Virus record (IMG/VR): IMGVR_UViG_2841481002_000004
Coordinates: 61 to 64,060 of that record
From: a virus
Lineage: Duplodnaviria; Caudoviricetes
Strand: one strand, 5' to 3'
DNA length: 64,000 nucleotides
How positions within the stretch are numbered: position 1 is the first letter of the stretch; every line of letters begins with the position of its first letter. A program made the position numbers and the translations under genes. Positions 45,800 to 54,865 of this stretch are shown piece by piece. Below the pieces are notes generated by a model that did not search any database, was not told the origin of the DNA, and was given only the letters and a program-made list of their open reading frames with translations.

Positions 45800-45880
45800 G
45801 CGCACCATTGAACCACGGTTCAATCAATAAAGTCAACCAAGGTTCATGCCAGGGCATATACCATTACAACTATGGTTGAA
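45800..45880. promoter_or_regulatory. OR/PR/PRM region: three operators
   Basis: TTGAACCACGGTTCAA 45808, GTCAACCAAGGTTCAT 45832, TACAACTATGGTTGAA 45865; PR TTGACT-N18-TTCAAT on the minus strand; PRM -10 TACCAT 45859. Confidence 0.8.
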
Positions 45881-46558
45881 ACATGCTGGGATCGAATCAA
45901 GCCTGAACTGAACGCCCGAGGCTGGGGCGTGCAGCAGCTCGCATCCGCCCTTGGGGTGAGCTATCAGGCTGTCGCAAAGGTCCGCGACGGTGGCGCTTTC
46001 GGGACCAGGAACAACCTCAAGGCGGCCGAGTTGCTAGGGGTACGTCCGGAATGGCTCGCCACTGGCAAAGGAGACAAGCATCCAGAGAGTCCGCAGGCGG
46101 GCGTGTCCCCTCCACCCGTTATCAACCTTGAAAACAACCCCGACTATCCGGCCGTCCGTCGGGTGGCCTTCAAGTTGTCTGCCGGAGCCTCCGGCTTCGG
46201 AATTGAGTACCACGACGAGGAAGGCGCCCCAATCGTGTTCCAGCGCCAGTGGTACGAGGGGCGGGGCCTTCGGCCCGAGAAGCTGTTTGCGGTGAGGGTA
46301 GGTAACAACAGCATGCAGCCGGGTCTGCATGATGGGGATACGGTCATCGTGAACACAGAGGTGGACACGCCAAAGGATGGCGTCGTTTTTGCCATCAACT
46401 ATGAAGGTGAGCTTGTCATCAAGCGCCTCATGCGTGACGGCGGGCAGTGGTGGCTCACCTCCGACAACCCGGACCAGACACGCTACCCGCGTAAGGTGTG
46501 TCACGAGGGTGTGAAGCTGGTGGGCGAGATAGTCCACAAGCAGAGTGAACGCATCTGA
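45872..46558 (+). CDS. cI: CI-like repressor, HTH + S24 peptidase
   Basis: LGVSYQAVAK helix; LSAG cleavage site; NSMQP (Ser) and VIKRL (Lys) dyad. Confidence 0.9.
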   Translation: MVETCWDRIKPELNARGWGVQQLASALGVSYQAVAKVRDGGAFGTRNNLKAAELLGVRPEWLATGKGDKHPESPQAGVSPPPVINLENNPDYPAVRRVAFKLSAGASGFGIEYHDEEGAPIVFQRQWYEGRGLRPEKLFAVRVGNNSMQPGLHDGDTVIVNTEVDTPKDGVVFAINYEGELVIKRLMRDGGQWWLTSDNPDQTRYPRKVCHEGVKLVGEIVHKQSERI

Positions 46559-46580
46559 CGCTGCCCGCAAGTTCAACCCA

Positions 46581-46603
46581 GCCGCTCGAAGCGGCTTTTT
46601 TTT
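46581..46603 (+). terminator. Intrinsic terminator after cI
   Basis: GCCGC-TCGAA-GCGGC followed by T8. Confidence 0.8.
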
Positions 46604-46612
46604 CGCGCGCAG

Positions 46613-46653
46613 TTGAACTTTGGTTGACATTGAAGTTTGAACCGTGGTTCAAT
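46613..46653 (+). promoter_or_regulatory. OL/PL: two operators and promoter
   Basis: TTGAACTTTGGTTGAC 46613, TTGAACCGTGGTTCAA 46637; TTGACA(46624)-N18-TTCAAT(46648). Confidence 0.8.
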
Positions 46654-46976
46654 TCGTCCATGCCGCAGCGAAGAGCATCAGACGGCAGCAAGGCAATCAC
46701 GAGAGCAGCGAAGGCATACCGTAGCTGAGGCCCTAGGACAGTGGCGCCGTCTCTCCAGCCCCAGGTCCACCCGCCAGCGAGGGCGGCTCGAAATACGGCG
46801 CTGAGGGCCTGGGTGGTCCAAGAAAAGGAATTCAACCCGAACACCAACGGTGCTGCATGTTGATGCGGCTGCACGGCTACCAGAGGCCGGCGAGCCCCTT
46901 CGGGGGCCCACAAACCAGAAGGCGCTTTCCGTGTCTTCTGCTTTGTGCAACTACCTGCCCCAGGAGGGCTACAGCT

Positions 46977-47153
46977 ATGAGTTTCAAGGTCGGACAGAAG
47001 GTCAAGGCGCGCACCATGCGCAACACCCGCGAAGTGGAAGGCACCGTGTCCAAGTGCGAGAAGAAGGACAACGGCGACTGGCTCACGATCACGCCGAAGG
47101 ACAAGGACGAAAAGTCGTTCAAGACGCGCGCCGGGTGCGTCACGGCTCTCTGA
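46977..47153 (+). CDS. Small SH3/KOW-like protein (58 aa)
   Basis: CAGGAGG RBS; MSFKVGQKVKARTMRN. Confidence 0.7.
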   Translation: MSFKVGQKVKARTMRNTREVEGTVSKCEKKDNGDWLTITPKDKDEKSFKTRAGCVTAL

Positions 47154-47396
47154 TCCCTGCCGCAAGCCCCAGGGCTTGCGAGAGCGATCCGCAACCAGTT
47201 TTCAAACCGCGCGTCCTGTCTCCTCCCTCCCTCTCTATTGGGGCGCACCGAGCGGTTTTCTTTTTCGCAGGCCCTCGGGTCTTCATGCCGCGCCGTGCAG
47301 CGCAACTACCCTCCTCCCTACTTTGCACGGCGGCCCATCGGGCAGCGGCCCTTCTATTCAACCCGCCCGCCCAGCGGGCCACAAATGGAGCACGCA

Positions 47397-47687
47397 ATGT
47401 CCAAGCACATCGTCAAAGGCTACGTCACCGTCATGCACGACAGGAACACAGGAAAGTCCATCGTCGGCTTTCAGGTGTGGAAGCCCAGCCCCGAATACTC
47501 GCCCGATACGGTGGTCGTGGGCGAGGGGTGCGTAGAAGTCGAGGTGCCGGACAACTTCGACATCCGCCCCGCGATGGTGAAAAACCTGCAGGCGAAGAGG
47601 GAGACGGCGCGCGCCGAGTTCGTCCGCACCATTCAGCAGATCGATGAACAGATCCAGTCCCTTCTGGCGATCGAGCACACGTCCTGA
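47397..47687 (+). CDS. Hypothetical phage protein (96 aa)
   Basis: GGAG RBS; VEVEVPDNFDIRPAMVKNLQAKRE..QIQSLLAIEH. Confidence 0.7.
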   Translation: MSKHIVKGYVTVMHDRNTGKSIVGFQVWKPSPEYSPDTVVVGEGCVEVEVPDNFDIRPAMVKNLQAKRETARAEFVRTIQQIDEQIQSLLAIEHTS

Positions 47688-47709
47688 TCGCCGCCAAGCA
47701 AACCCCACC

Positions 47710-47741
47710 AGCCCGCAACAGCGGGCTTTCCTTTTTCTGGA
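47710..47741 (+). terminator. Terminator-RBS repeat unit
   Basis: AGCCCGC-AACA-GCGGGCT-TTCCTTTTTCTGGA. Confidence 0.7.
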
Positions 47742-47749
47742 CCAGCCAT

Positions 47750-48076
47750 ATGCAATCCCTGAGCAGAATCCCTCCTCGCTTCATACGTGACATGCCCGCC
47801 GCACAGCGGGCCAATCGCCGCATCCAGGCCGAGCGCGCAGCGGAAGACGCCAGCCCCTCAGATGCGCAGATCCTCGATTTCCTGGACCGCCACGGCGTCG
47901 ATGCCATCTACCTGCGCAACGGTGGATGCATCGACGTCCGCAACAGCGGAGGCAACGTGCGTGGCGCCATCGCCGAGGCGATGGATGCGGAGCGCGAGAA
48001 ACGGGTTCCGGCGGAAGCTGCAGCCGTCGGCGCCGGCCTGGATCCTGATTCCATCGAACAGGGAGAGCCGGCATGA
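47750..48076 (+). CDS. Hypothetical protein (108 aa)
   Basis: Start directly after the repeat unit; ATGA-coupled to the next gene. Confidence 0.6.
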   Translation: MQSLSRIPPRFIRDMPAAQRANRRIQAERAAEDASPSDAQILDFLDRHGVDAIYLRNGGCIDVRNSGGNVRGAIAEAMDAEREKRVPAEAAAVGAGLDPDSIEQGEPA

Positions 48077-48294
48077 AGCACCTCCTTTCCTGGGCCATCG
48101 CTTCGTTTCTCGCCATTGGCCTCGGCGCCATCGCGGCGACTGGCTACGAAGATGCCGAGGCCGACAAGCAAGACGCGGAGGCGATCAGCAGCCGCGACTG
48201 GGCCGGACAGCGAGTTTGCGGCCCCCAAGCAACCCCCGAGTGGCTGGATGACAAGACGCTGCGCTGCCTGCGCAACGTGCCCGCCGCCAACTGA
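48073..48294 (+). CDS. Small membrane/secreted protein (73 aa)
   Basis: N-terminal hydrophobic helix; WAGQRVCGPQATPEWLDDKTLRCL. Confidence 0.65.
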   Translation: MKHLLSWAIASFLAIGLGAIAATGYEDAEADKQDAEAISSRDWAGQRVCGPQATPEWLDDKTLRCLRNVPAAN

Positions 48295-48318
48295 CCACCT
48301 TCTTCCAAGGACCACCAC

Positions 48319-49470
48319 ATGACCTCCGATGTGATCGACATGGACGGCGCCACGGCCGTTGAAGTTCTCCGTTCTACCGCGCTGGCCGAGCTGAGCGCCG
48401 TTGACCTGGGCATCGCCGCACTGCGGGATAAGTACGCCGACGCCAACTACGACGTCAGCACCACCAAGGGCATGGACGCAGCGAAGCGTGCTCGCCTGGA
48501 CATCCGCGAGCGCCGCTACAAGGTGCCCCACATCGTCAAGGCGCAAAAGGAAGTGCTCACGCAGATCAGCCGCGACATAGACAGCGAGGGTGATCGCATC
48601 ACGCAGGCTCTGCTGGCGCTCGAAACGCCCATCCACAACGTCATCAAAGCCGAAGAAGACCGCAAGGCCGAGGAGAAGGCAGAGAGGGAACGCGTTGCGC
48701 GCGAGCGTGCCGAGCGCATCCAGCGGGACATGGACACGATGCGTGACGCTGTGCTGCAGGCCGTGGGCACCACACCGGAGCGCATCCAGCAGCTCATGGA
48801 TTCTGTGCTCGCGGTCGATGTCACGGTGGACGCCTTCGGTGACCGTGCCGGCGAGGCCATGCAGCTCAAGCTGCAGACCGGGAACCGGCTGGCAGACCTC
48901 AAGGCCCAGGCCGAGGCCGCCGCCGTGCTGCAGGCCCAACTGGAAGAACAACGCGCCGCCCTTCGGCGCGCCGAAGAAGCCCGCAAGGCCAGCGAGGAGC
49001 TGGAGCGGCAGGTCCGTGAGGCTGCGGAGCGTGCCCAGCGCGAGGAAGCCGACAGGCTGCAGCGTGAAGCGGCGGATCAGCTGGCGCAAGAGCGTGCGGC
49101 GTTCGAACGTCAGCAACAAGAAGCGGTGGAAGAGCGGGCGCGGGAGCAGAAGCGCCTCAACGACGAGCGTGCCGCACTGGAGGCGGAGCGCGAGGCAGAG
49201 CGCCAAGCCGTTGAGCAGGCCCGCCGGCAGGCGGAGCAGGATCGCCGCGAACAAGAACAGCGCGAGGCCGATGAACGTGCGGCGCGCGAGGCCAAAGACA
49301 AGGCCGCCCAGCAGCGCATGCATGCTGCGAGCCCGCTGATGCTGGAGGTGCTGACCTCCGCATTCGCGATGCTGGAACGCGGCCTGCTGGTGGACACGTT
49401 CGGCGCTGAATGGGTCGAGAAGGCCGAGCGCGCCATGGCGATGGTGGCACAGGAAGAGGTGGCGGCATGA
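48319..49470 (+). CDS. Long coiled-coil protein (DUF1351-like)
   Basis: YDVSTTKGMDAAKRARLDIRE..; E/R/A-rich. Confidence 0.7.
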   Translation: MTSDVIDMDGATAVEVLRSTALAELSAVDLGIAALRDKYADANYDVSTTKGMDAAKRARLDIRERRYKVPHIVKAQKEVLTQISRDIDSEGDRITQALLALETPIHNVIKAEEDRKAEEKAERERVARERAERIQRDMDTMRDAVLQAVGTTPERIQQLMDSVLAVDVTVDAFGDRAGEAMQLKLQTGNRLADLKAQAEAAAVLQAQLEEQRAALRRAEEARKASEELERQVREAAERAQREEADRLQREAADQLAQERAAFERQQQEAVEERAREQKRLNDERAALEAEREAERQAVEQARRQAEQDRREQEQREADERAAREAKDKAAQQRMHAASPLMLEVLTSAFAMLERGLLVDTFGAEWVEKAERAMAMVAQEEVAA

Positions 49471-50228
49471 GCGAGGTCACTCCATACGCACCGCTGCCAG
49501 CGGGCCCCATGGCGATGCTGGCTTCGGCCATGGCTCTGGGTATGACGATGGAGCAGGCTGAATCGGCCCTGGAGCGGCAGCGCGAATTCGACGCCGAGCA
49601 GCGCCGGCTGGCATTCGTGGCCGCAAGGCTGGAATTGCACAAGTCGGCACCGGTCATCCTGCGCAAGCGGATGGGCCAGGCGGTGGACGAGGATTCCGTC
49701 GCTATTCATGAATACAGCTATGCCTCTCTCGGCGACGTGGTGCAAGAAGTCATCGAAGCCGCGACGAAGCACGGCTTTTCGCACTCGTGGGTGCCAGCGC
49801 TGACCGGCGACGGGAAGCAGGAAATCACCTGCGTGGTGACGCACAGCGCCGGACACTCCGAGTCCGCCACGCTGATCGGCCCCTGCGACACGTCAGGCGG
49901 CAAGAACGAACTGCAGGGCGACCAATCGGCCCGCTCTTACCTGCAGCGCAATTCGCTGCTGCTGGCCTACGGTCTCGCGACCATCGACCAGTTCGACAAC
50001 GATGGCGCACCGCTGGGCACCGAGACCGGTAGCCAGGGCGGTAACAGTGCGGCGGTGTTGGACAGCTGGCTGGTGTACGTCAACAACGCGGGGTCGCTCG
50101 ATGAGCTGGATCGCGTCCGCCACGAGGCTGGCGACGCATTCACGGCGGCCAACGACGTAACCGGATGGGAAGCCATCAAGCGCGCCGTCAACGCGCGCCG
50201 TCGGGCGCTGGAGGGTCAACATGCATAG
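49467..50228 (+). CDS. erf: ERF family ssDNA-annealing protein
   Basis: YSYASLGDV..KHGFSHSW..ITCVVTHSAGHSES..SGGKNELQGDQSARSYLQRNSL..DNDG. Confidence 0.8.
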   Translation: MSEVTPYAPLPAGPMAMLASAMALGMTMEQAESALERQREFDAEQRRLAFVAARLELHKSAPVILRKRMGQAVDEDSVAIHEYSYASLGDVVQEVIEAATKHGFSHSWVPALTGDGKQEITCVVTHSAGHSESATLIGPCDTSGGKNELQGDQSARSYLQRNSLLLAYGLATIDQFDNDGAPLGTETGSQGGNSAAVLDSWLVYVNNAGSLDELDRVRHEAGDAFTAANDVTGWEAIKRAVNARRRALEGQHA

Positions 50229-50883
50229 CGAGCGCTACATCGTCTGCAATGCAGCCCAGGGCACGCGGCAGTGGTTCCTGGACCGGCTGGGCCGCGTCAC
50301 CAGTTCCAACGCCCACCGAGCCCTGGCGCGCGGCAATGGCATGGAAGAAGCCGTGAGCCGGTCCGGCTACCGCATGGAACTCGTGCTGGAGCGCATCACG
50401 GGCCGCCCTACGCCCTTGGGCTTCCTCGAAACCGAGGCCATGACCTGGGGCAAGCAGCAGGAACCGTTCTCGCGCATGGCCTACGAGGTGGCGCGAGGCA
50501 TCGACATCGCGCAGGCCGGCTTCGTCTATCTGCGCGACATCGCGGCCGGCGCCAGCGTTGACGGCTTTCTGGTGGAGCGCGGCCGGCGCGGGATCTGGGA
50601 ATCTAAGAGCCCGAAGTCGAAGAACCACTACGCATGGCTCATGGCCGGAAAAGTGCCGGCGGAGCACATGCCGCAGATCGTGCACGAACTGTGGGTAACG
50701 GGCGCGGACTTCTGCGATTTCCAGTCCTACGACCCGCGCATGCCGAAGGGCCTGACCACGTTCATCCGCCGCGTTGAGCGCGAGGAAATCGCCGACCGGC
50801 TCGAAGCGCACGAGCGCGCCATCCTCCAGTTCCTGCTGGAGGTGGAAGCAGAAGAACACCGCATGCGGCAACTGGCCGCCTGA
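50221..50883 (+). CDS. YqaJ/lambda-exonuclease family nuclease
   Basis: WFLDRLGRVTSS..AMTWGKQQEP..GASVDG..ESKSP..QIVHELWVTG..CDFQSYDPR. Confidence 0.85.
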   Translation: MHSERYIVCNAAQGTRQWFLDRLGRVTSSNAHRALARGNGMEEAVSRSGYRMELVLERITGRPTPLGFLETEAMTWGKQQEPFSRMAYEVARGIDIAQAGFVYLRDIAAGASVDGFLVERGRRGIWESKSPKSKNHYAWLMAGKVPAEHMPQIVHELWVTGADFCDFQSYDPRMPKGLTTFIRRVEREEIADRLEAHERAILQFLLEVEAEEHRMRQLAA

Positions 50884-50896
50884 GAAAGGACAAGCT

Positions 50897-51796
50897 ATGT
50901 CATCCAACCGCCAGCTGCTGGAAGCAGGCACCGCCAAACGCGCGGACCTCGTGAAAGTCTGGATCCAGGAACTGCACGTCGAACCCGGCTTCAATGCGCC
51001 GGAAACCCCTGAAGAGTTTCAGGCACGCGTGGACGGCATCGTGGCCCATCTAGCGAACGGCGGGAAGCTACCCCCCATCGAGGTGCGCGACCGGCCCGAA
51101 GGCGGGAAGTTCGTGGTGGACGGCCACGCGCGGCGCGAGGGCTACATCCAGGCCGACGCCAAGGGAATCCCCGTCGCAGACCCGAAGGACGGCCGCGTGT
51201 ACGTCCTGACGATCCCTTTCGAGGGCAACGACGCCGACCGGACGCTGCGCATCATCACGTCGGCCGAGAGCCGGACGCTTTCGCCCCTCCAGACCGCCGC
51301 CATCTTGAAGCGCCTCCGCGCTTTCGGCTGGGCGCTGGAAGACATTGCGCGGAAGATCAACCGCACACCCGAGCGCGTGCGCCAGCTCCTGGCCCTGGGC
51401 GACGCCAATACCGACGTGCAGCAACTGGTCCAGTCCGGCGAGGTGTCCGCCAACGTGGCGTCCCAGGCAGTCCGCCAGTACGGCGAGAAGGCCGGCGAGG
51501 TGCTGCAGCACCAGCTCGAAGGCGTGAAGGCGGCCGGCGGGAAGAAACTCACGCCCTCCAAGGCAAAGCCACCACGCCCCACAGCGTCCGACCTGGAGCA
51601 AGAGCGCTCCCGCCTGGACTGGCTGGTCCAGCAGCGCGCATACGTGTGCGAGGGTGGAAAGCCCGACTTCGCGGAGGATGCCGCGACACGGGGCTACTGG
51701 GTCCACTGGCCCGAAAAGGGCCTGGATCAACCCGGATTGTTCCCCAACGCGCGCGCTGCGATCGACGCGGCAAAGGAGACCAGTGATGCTCAGTAA
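50897..51796 (+). CDS. ParB/Srx N-terminal domain protein
   Basis: VEPGFN..LPPIEV..FVVDGHARR; C-terminal HTH (GWALEDIARKINRT). Confidence 0.75.
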   Translation: MSSNRQLLEAGTAKRADLVKVWIQELHVEPGFNAPETPEEFQARVDGIVAHLANGGKLPPIEVRDRPEGGKFVVDGHARREGYIQADAKGIPVADPKDGRVYVLTIPFEGNDADRTLRIITSAESRTLSPLQTAAILKRLRAFGWALEDIARKINRTPERVRQLLALGDANTDVQQLVQSGEVSANVASQAVRQYGEKAGEVLQHQLEGVKAAGGKKLTPSKAKPPRPTASDLEQERSRLDWLVQQRAYVCEGGKPDFAEDAATRGYWVHWPEKGLDQPGLFPNARAAIDAAKETSDAQ

Positions 51797-52688
51797 CGCC
51801 ATCATCTACCGCATCGTGGCGATGACCGCCGAGCTACCGCAGCTCGAAGAGGCCCTGGCGCGCGCTCCGTTCGTGGAGTGCGGCGCCACACAGGAAAAAT
51901 CCTTGGGCTGGGTGCCGCCCCGGGGCGAGGCCCACGGCGCGCTCGCCGAATCCGTGGGCGGCCAGTGGATCCTGCGCTTCATGACCGAGTCGAAGAGCGT
52001 TCCGGGCGCAGTGCTGGCGCGCAAAGTCAAGGACAAGGCCGCTGCCATCGAAAAGGAAACGGGCCGCAAGCCCGGCCGCAAGGAAACGCGAGAACTGAAG
52101 GAGGAAGCGAAGCTCGACCTCCTCCCGATGGCCTTCGCCAAGCAGGCATCCATGTGGGTGTGGATCGACGCGGAAGCGCGCTTGCTTGTGCTCGACACTG
52201 GCAGCCAGGCCCGGGCCGATGAAGTCGTTTCGCTGCTGGTGGAATCGCTGCCAGGTCTGTCCGTTGCCCTGCTCGACACGCAGACAGCACCACAGGCGGC
52301 CATGGCCTACTGGCTGCAGGAGCAGGAGGCACCGGAGGGCTTCAGCGTGGACCGCGAGTGCGAGCTGAAGGCTGCCGACGAATCGAAGGCCGTGGTCCGG
52401 TACGGCCGCCACCCCCTGGACATCCAAGAGGTGCGGGAGCACATCAGGCAAGGCAAGCTGCCCACCCGACTGGCACTCACATGGGATGACCGCGTGTCGT
52501 TCGTGCTGACCGAGGGCCAGCAGCTGCGCAAGCTCGAATTCCTCGACACCGTATTCGAGGGCCGCGCCCAGGATGATGCGGGCTTCGACGCCGACGTGGC
52601 GATCGCCACGGGCGAACTCTCCAAGCTGATCCCCGACCTGATCGAGGCGCTGGGCGGCGAGGGTCGCACGGGCCTGAGGGGCGAGTGA
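51786..52688 (+). CDS. rdgC: Recombination-associated protein RdgC
   Basis: FVECGATQEKSLGWVPPRG..LLPMAF..GKLPTRLALTWDDRVSFVLTE..FDADVAIATGEL. Confidence 0.9.
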   Translation: MLSNAIIYRIVAMTAELPQLEEALARAPFVECGATQEKSLGWVPPRGEAHGALAESVGGQWILRFMTESKSVPGAVLARKVKDKAAAIEKETGRKPGRKETRELKEEAKLDLLPMAFAKQASMWVWIDAEARLLVLDTGSQARADEVVSLLVESLPGLSVALLDTQTAPQAAMAYWLQEQEAPEGFSVDRECELKAADESKAVVRYGRHPLDIQEVREHIRQGKLPTRLALTWDDRVSFVLTEGQQLRKLEFLDTVFEGRAQDDAGFDADVAIATGELSKLIPDLIEALGGEGRTGLRGE

Positions 52689-53338
52689 TGGAGCGCCGCC
52701 AGAAGGACATTGTGTCCATGGCGACACAGGCCGGTCTCGATCCTGTCAGGTACTCCAGGGACGGTTCGCGGGTTTGGCTGGAGGCACGCGCTCCGAACGG
52801 CGTGGTTCGCAAGTTCTCGATCACGAGCGCGCAGCGCAACGACGTCCGCGGGGATCTGAACGAACTGAGCGAAATGCGTCGCTTCGCCAAGCAGAACCCA
52901 GCCCCCACGGAGGTTCCGACATCAACGACCGAAACGAAAGGACCGAAACGAATGCCCATCAAGCCGCCGAAGACCGGGGCCGCCATGCCGCCAGTATCTC
53001 CCCCTCCATACGCACCCCAGCCGCCGTCAGCCGCGAAAGCCGAAGGTGCGAAGGATCTTCTTCCGGCCGAGATTTTCCGGCTGTGCGTGTGGCTGAAGAC
53101 CATCAACCTGCAGGAAGTCCCGAGCTTCGATGCGCTCTCGATGCTGGTTTCCCGCGAGCACGGGGATCCCGTCTCGGATGAAACGACCCGCATGCTGATG
53201 GAGGCCACGGAGACGGCTGAGCCGGAGCACTGGAAGCCGCCGGCTGATCCGCTGGCAGTCGTCGCACGCTCGATGGTGGAGTTGATGAAGTCGCTCGGCC
53301 AAGAGCCCACGGCCGCGCTCCTCAAGATCGCTGCATAA
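52688..53338 (+). CDS. Hypothetical protein (216 aa)
   Basis: TGATG-coupled to rdgC; terminator follows. Confidence 0.6.
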   Translation: MERRQKDIVSMATQAGLDPVRYSRDGSRVWLEARAPNGVVRKFSITSAQRNDVRGDLNELSEMRRFAKQNPAPTEVPTSTTETKGPKRMPIKPPKTGAAMPPVSPPPYAPQPPSAAKAEGAKDLLPAEIFRLCVWLKTINLQEVPSFDALSMLVSREHGDPVSDETTRMLMEATETAEPEHWKPPADPLAVVARSMVELMKSLGQEPTAALLKIAA

Positions 53339-53358
53339 CTCCTCCGTCTGCCCTCCCC

Positions 53359-53393
53359 AGCCCGGGTCGCCCCAGTGACCCGGGCTTTTTTTC
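53359..53393 (+). terminator. Intrinsic terminator
   Basis: AGCCCGGGTC-loop-GACCCGGGCT-T6. Confidence 0.8.
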
Positions 53394-53405
53394 GCCCGGA
53401 ACTCC

Positions 53406-53720
53406 ATGGCATTCCTCTTCAGGTGTCCGGAGTGCCGGACGCGACGCCGTGACTACGGCCTGTTCACCCAGCACCTCCGCGACAGCGGCCACAAGCTCTG
53501 CGACTGCGGGGGCTACCACTACCGCCACCGGCCGGACTCCCCGTACTGCCACCGCAATCCCTACAGCGTCGCGCTGGAGGCATCGCGCTTCGGCACATCG
53601 GACGCCGAGGTCGAGGCCATCGCTCTGGAAATTCAGCGCTCGATCGCATCGACGCTTCCAAGCCGGCGGCGGCGACCCACCGATCCCCTGCCCCCTTCAA
53701 CCGACGAAAGCAACCCATGA
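53406..53720 (+). CDS. Small zinc-finger protein
   Basis: FRCPECR..CDCGGYHYRHRPDSPYCH. Confidence 0.7.
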   Translation: MAFLFRCPECRTRRRDYGLFTQHLRDSGHKLCDCGGYHYRHRPDSPYCHRNPYSVALEASRFGTSDAEVEAIALEIQRSIASTLPSRRRRPTDPLPPSTDESNP

Positions 53721-54346
53721 ATCTGGCCCTTTTCTACGACACCGAAACCACGGGCATTCCCCTCTACAGCCAGCCCAGCGAAGACCCTGCACAGCCGCAC
53801 ATCGTGCAGCTGGCTGCGGTCCTAGTGGACCTGGACACCCGGCGGGAGGTCGCGAGCATGGACGTGGTGGTCCGCCCCGACGGCTGGACCATCCCGGACG
53901 ATGTCGCGCAGCTGCATGGCATCACCACAGAAACGGCCGCGCGCGTTGGCGTCCCCGAGCCCGTCGCGGTGGACATGCTGCTGGCGCTGTGGAACCAGCG
54001 AGCACGCATCGGGCACAACGAATCCTTCGATGCGCGCATCCTGCGAATCGCCATCAAGCGCTACATCGACCCGCGCGCGCCCGGTGCCGAGGTGGCGATG
54101 TCCGATCTCTGGAAGGCCGGCGCCAGGCAATGCACGCAGGCCACCGCCACGCCGCTGCTCACCGAGCATCGCAAGGCACGCGGCATGAAAGGTAAGACGG
54201 CCAGCCTGGCGGAAGCGCACGAACTGCTGTGCGGCGGGCCGGTGGAAGGAGCCCACAGCGCCATGGGTGATGTCCGGGCCTGCATGCGCGTTTACTTCGC
54301 GATGCGACACCCGGTTTCCGCGTCGGTGGGGGGCGGCGCATCGTGA
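53717..54346 (+). CDS. DnaQ-like 3'-5' exonuclease (DEDDh)
   Basis: FYDTETTG..IGHNESFD..AHSAMGD. Confidence 0.9.
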   Translation: MNLALFYDTETTGIPLYSQPSEDPAQPHIVQLAAVLVDLDTRREVASMDVVVRPDGWTIPDDVAQLHGITTETAARVGVPEPVAVDMLLALWNQRARIGHNESFDARILRIAIKRYIDPRAPGAEVAMSDLWKAGARQCTQATATPLLTEHRKARGMKGKTASLAEAHELLCGGPVEGAHSAMGDVRACMRVYFAMRHPVSASVGGGAS

Positions 54347-54645
54347 CCACGCTCATTCTGCCCGTGAAGGACGAGTTCTTCTGGGCCATCAAGAACGGCA
54401 CCAAGCAGGAGGAGTTCCGCCTGCGGAAGCCGTTCTGGCGCCGCCGTCTTGAGGGCAAGACGTTCGACCGGATCGTCCTGACCCTCGGCTATCCCGCAGC
54501 CAACGACCACGAGCGCCGCATCGAGCGCGCATGGCGGGGCATGCGCGAAACGACCATCACCCATCGCCACTTCGGCCCGGAACCGGTCGAGGTGTACGCA
54601 ATCGACGTATCCCAACCATTCGAAGGAAGAAAGCCATGCGCATGA
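54343..54645 (+). CDS. ASCH domain protein
   Basis: LILPVKDEFFWAIKNGTKQEEFR..LTLGYP. Confidence 0.8.
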   Translation: MTTLILPVKDEFFWAIKNGTKQEEFRLRKPFWRRRLEGKTFDRIVLTLGYPAANDHERRIERAWRGMRETTITHRHFGPEPVEVYAIDVSQPFEGRKPCA

Positions 54646-54865
54646 CTGTCCTGTCTCTCTCGATTAAGGCCGCCTACCAGCTCGGTGCCGCTCCAGCCCA
54701 CACGACGCTCGGCCTCTATTTCCTCTCGGCGCAAAAGCAGGTCTGGCGCCGGCCATGAGCCTCCGCAAGAGAACCCGGCGCGACCGGCGAGCCCCTGTCC
54801 CTGATTTTGATCAGCAGGATTCGCGCGTTGACTCGCAATCTCCCGCTCAGTCAGCTCTTCATCGA

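Noticed and set aside
47908-49323. 471-aa Leu-rich minus-strand ORF that looks like a membrane protein
   Set aside because: Reverse-complement artefact of the E/Q/R-rich coiled-coil gene 48319-49470
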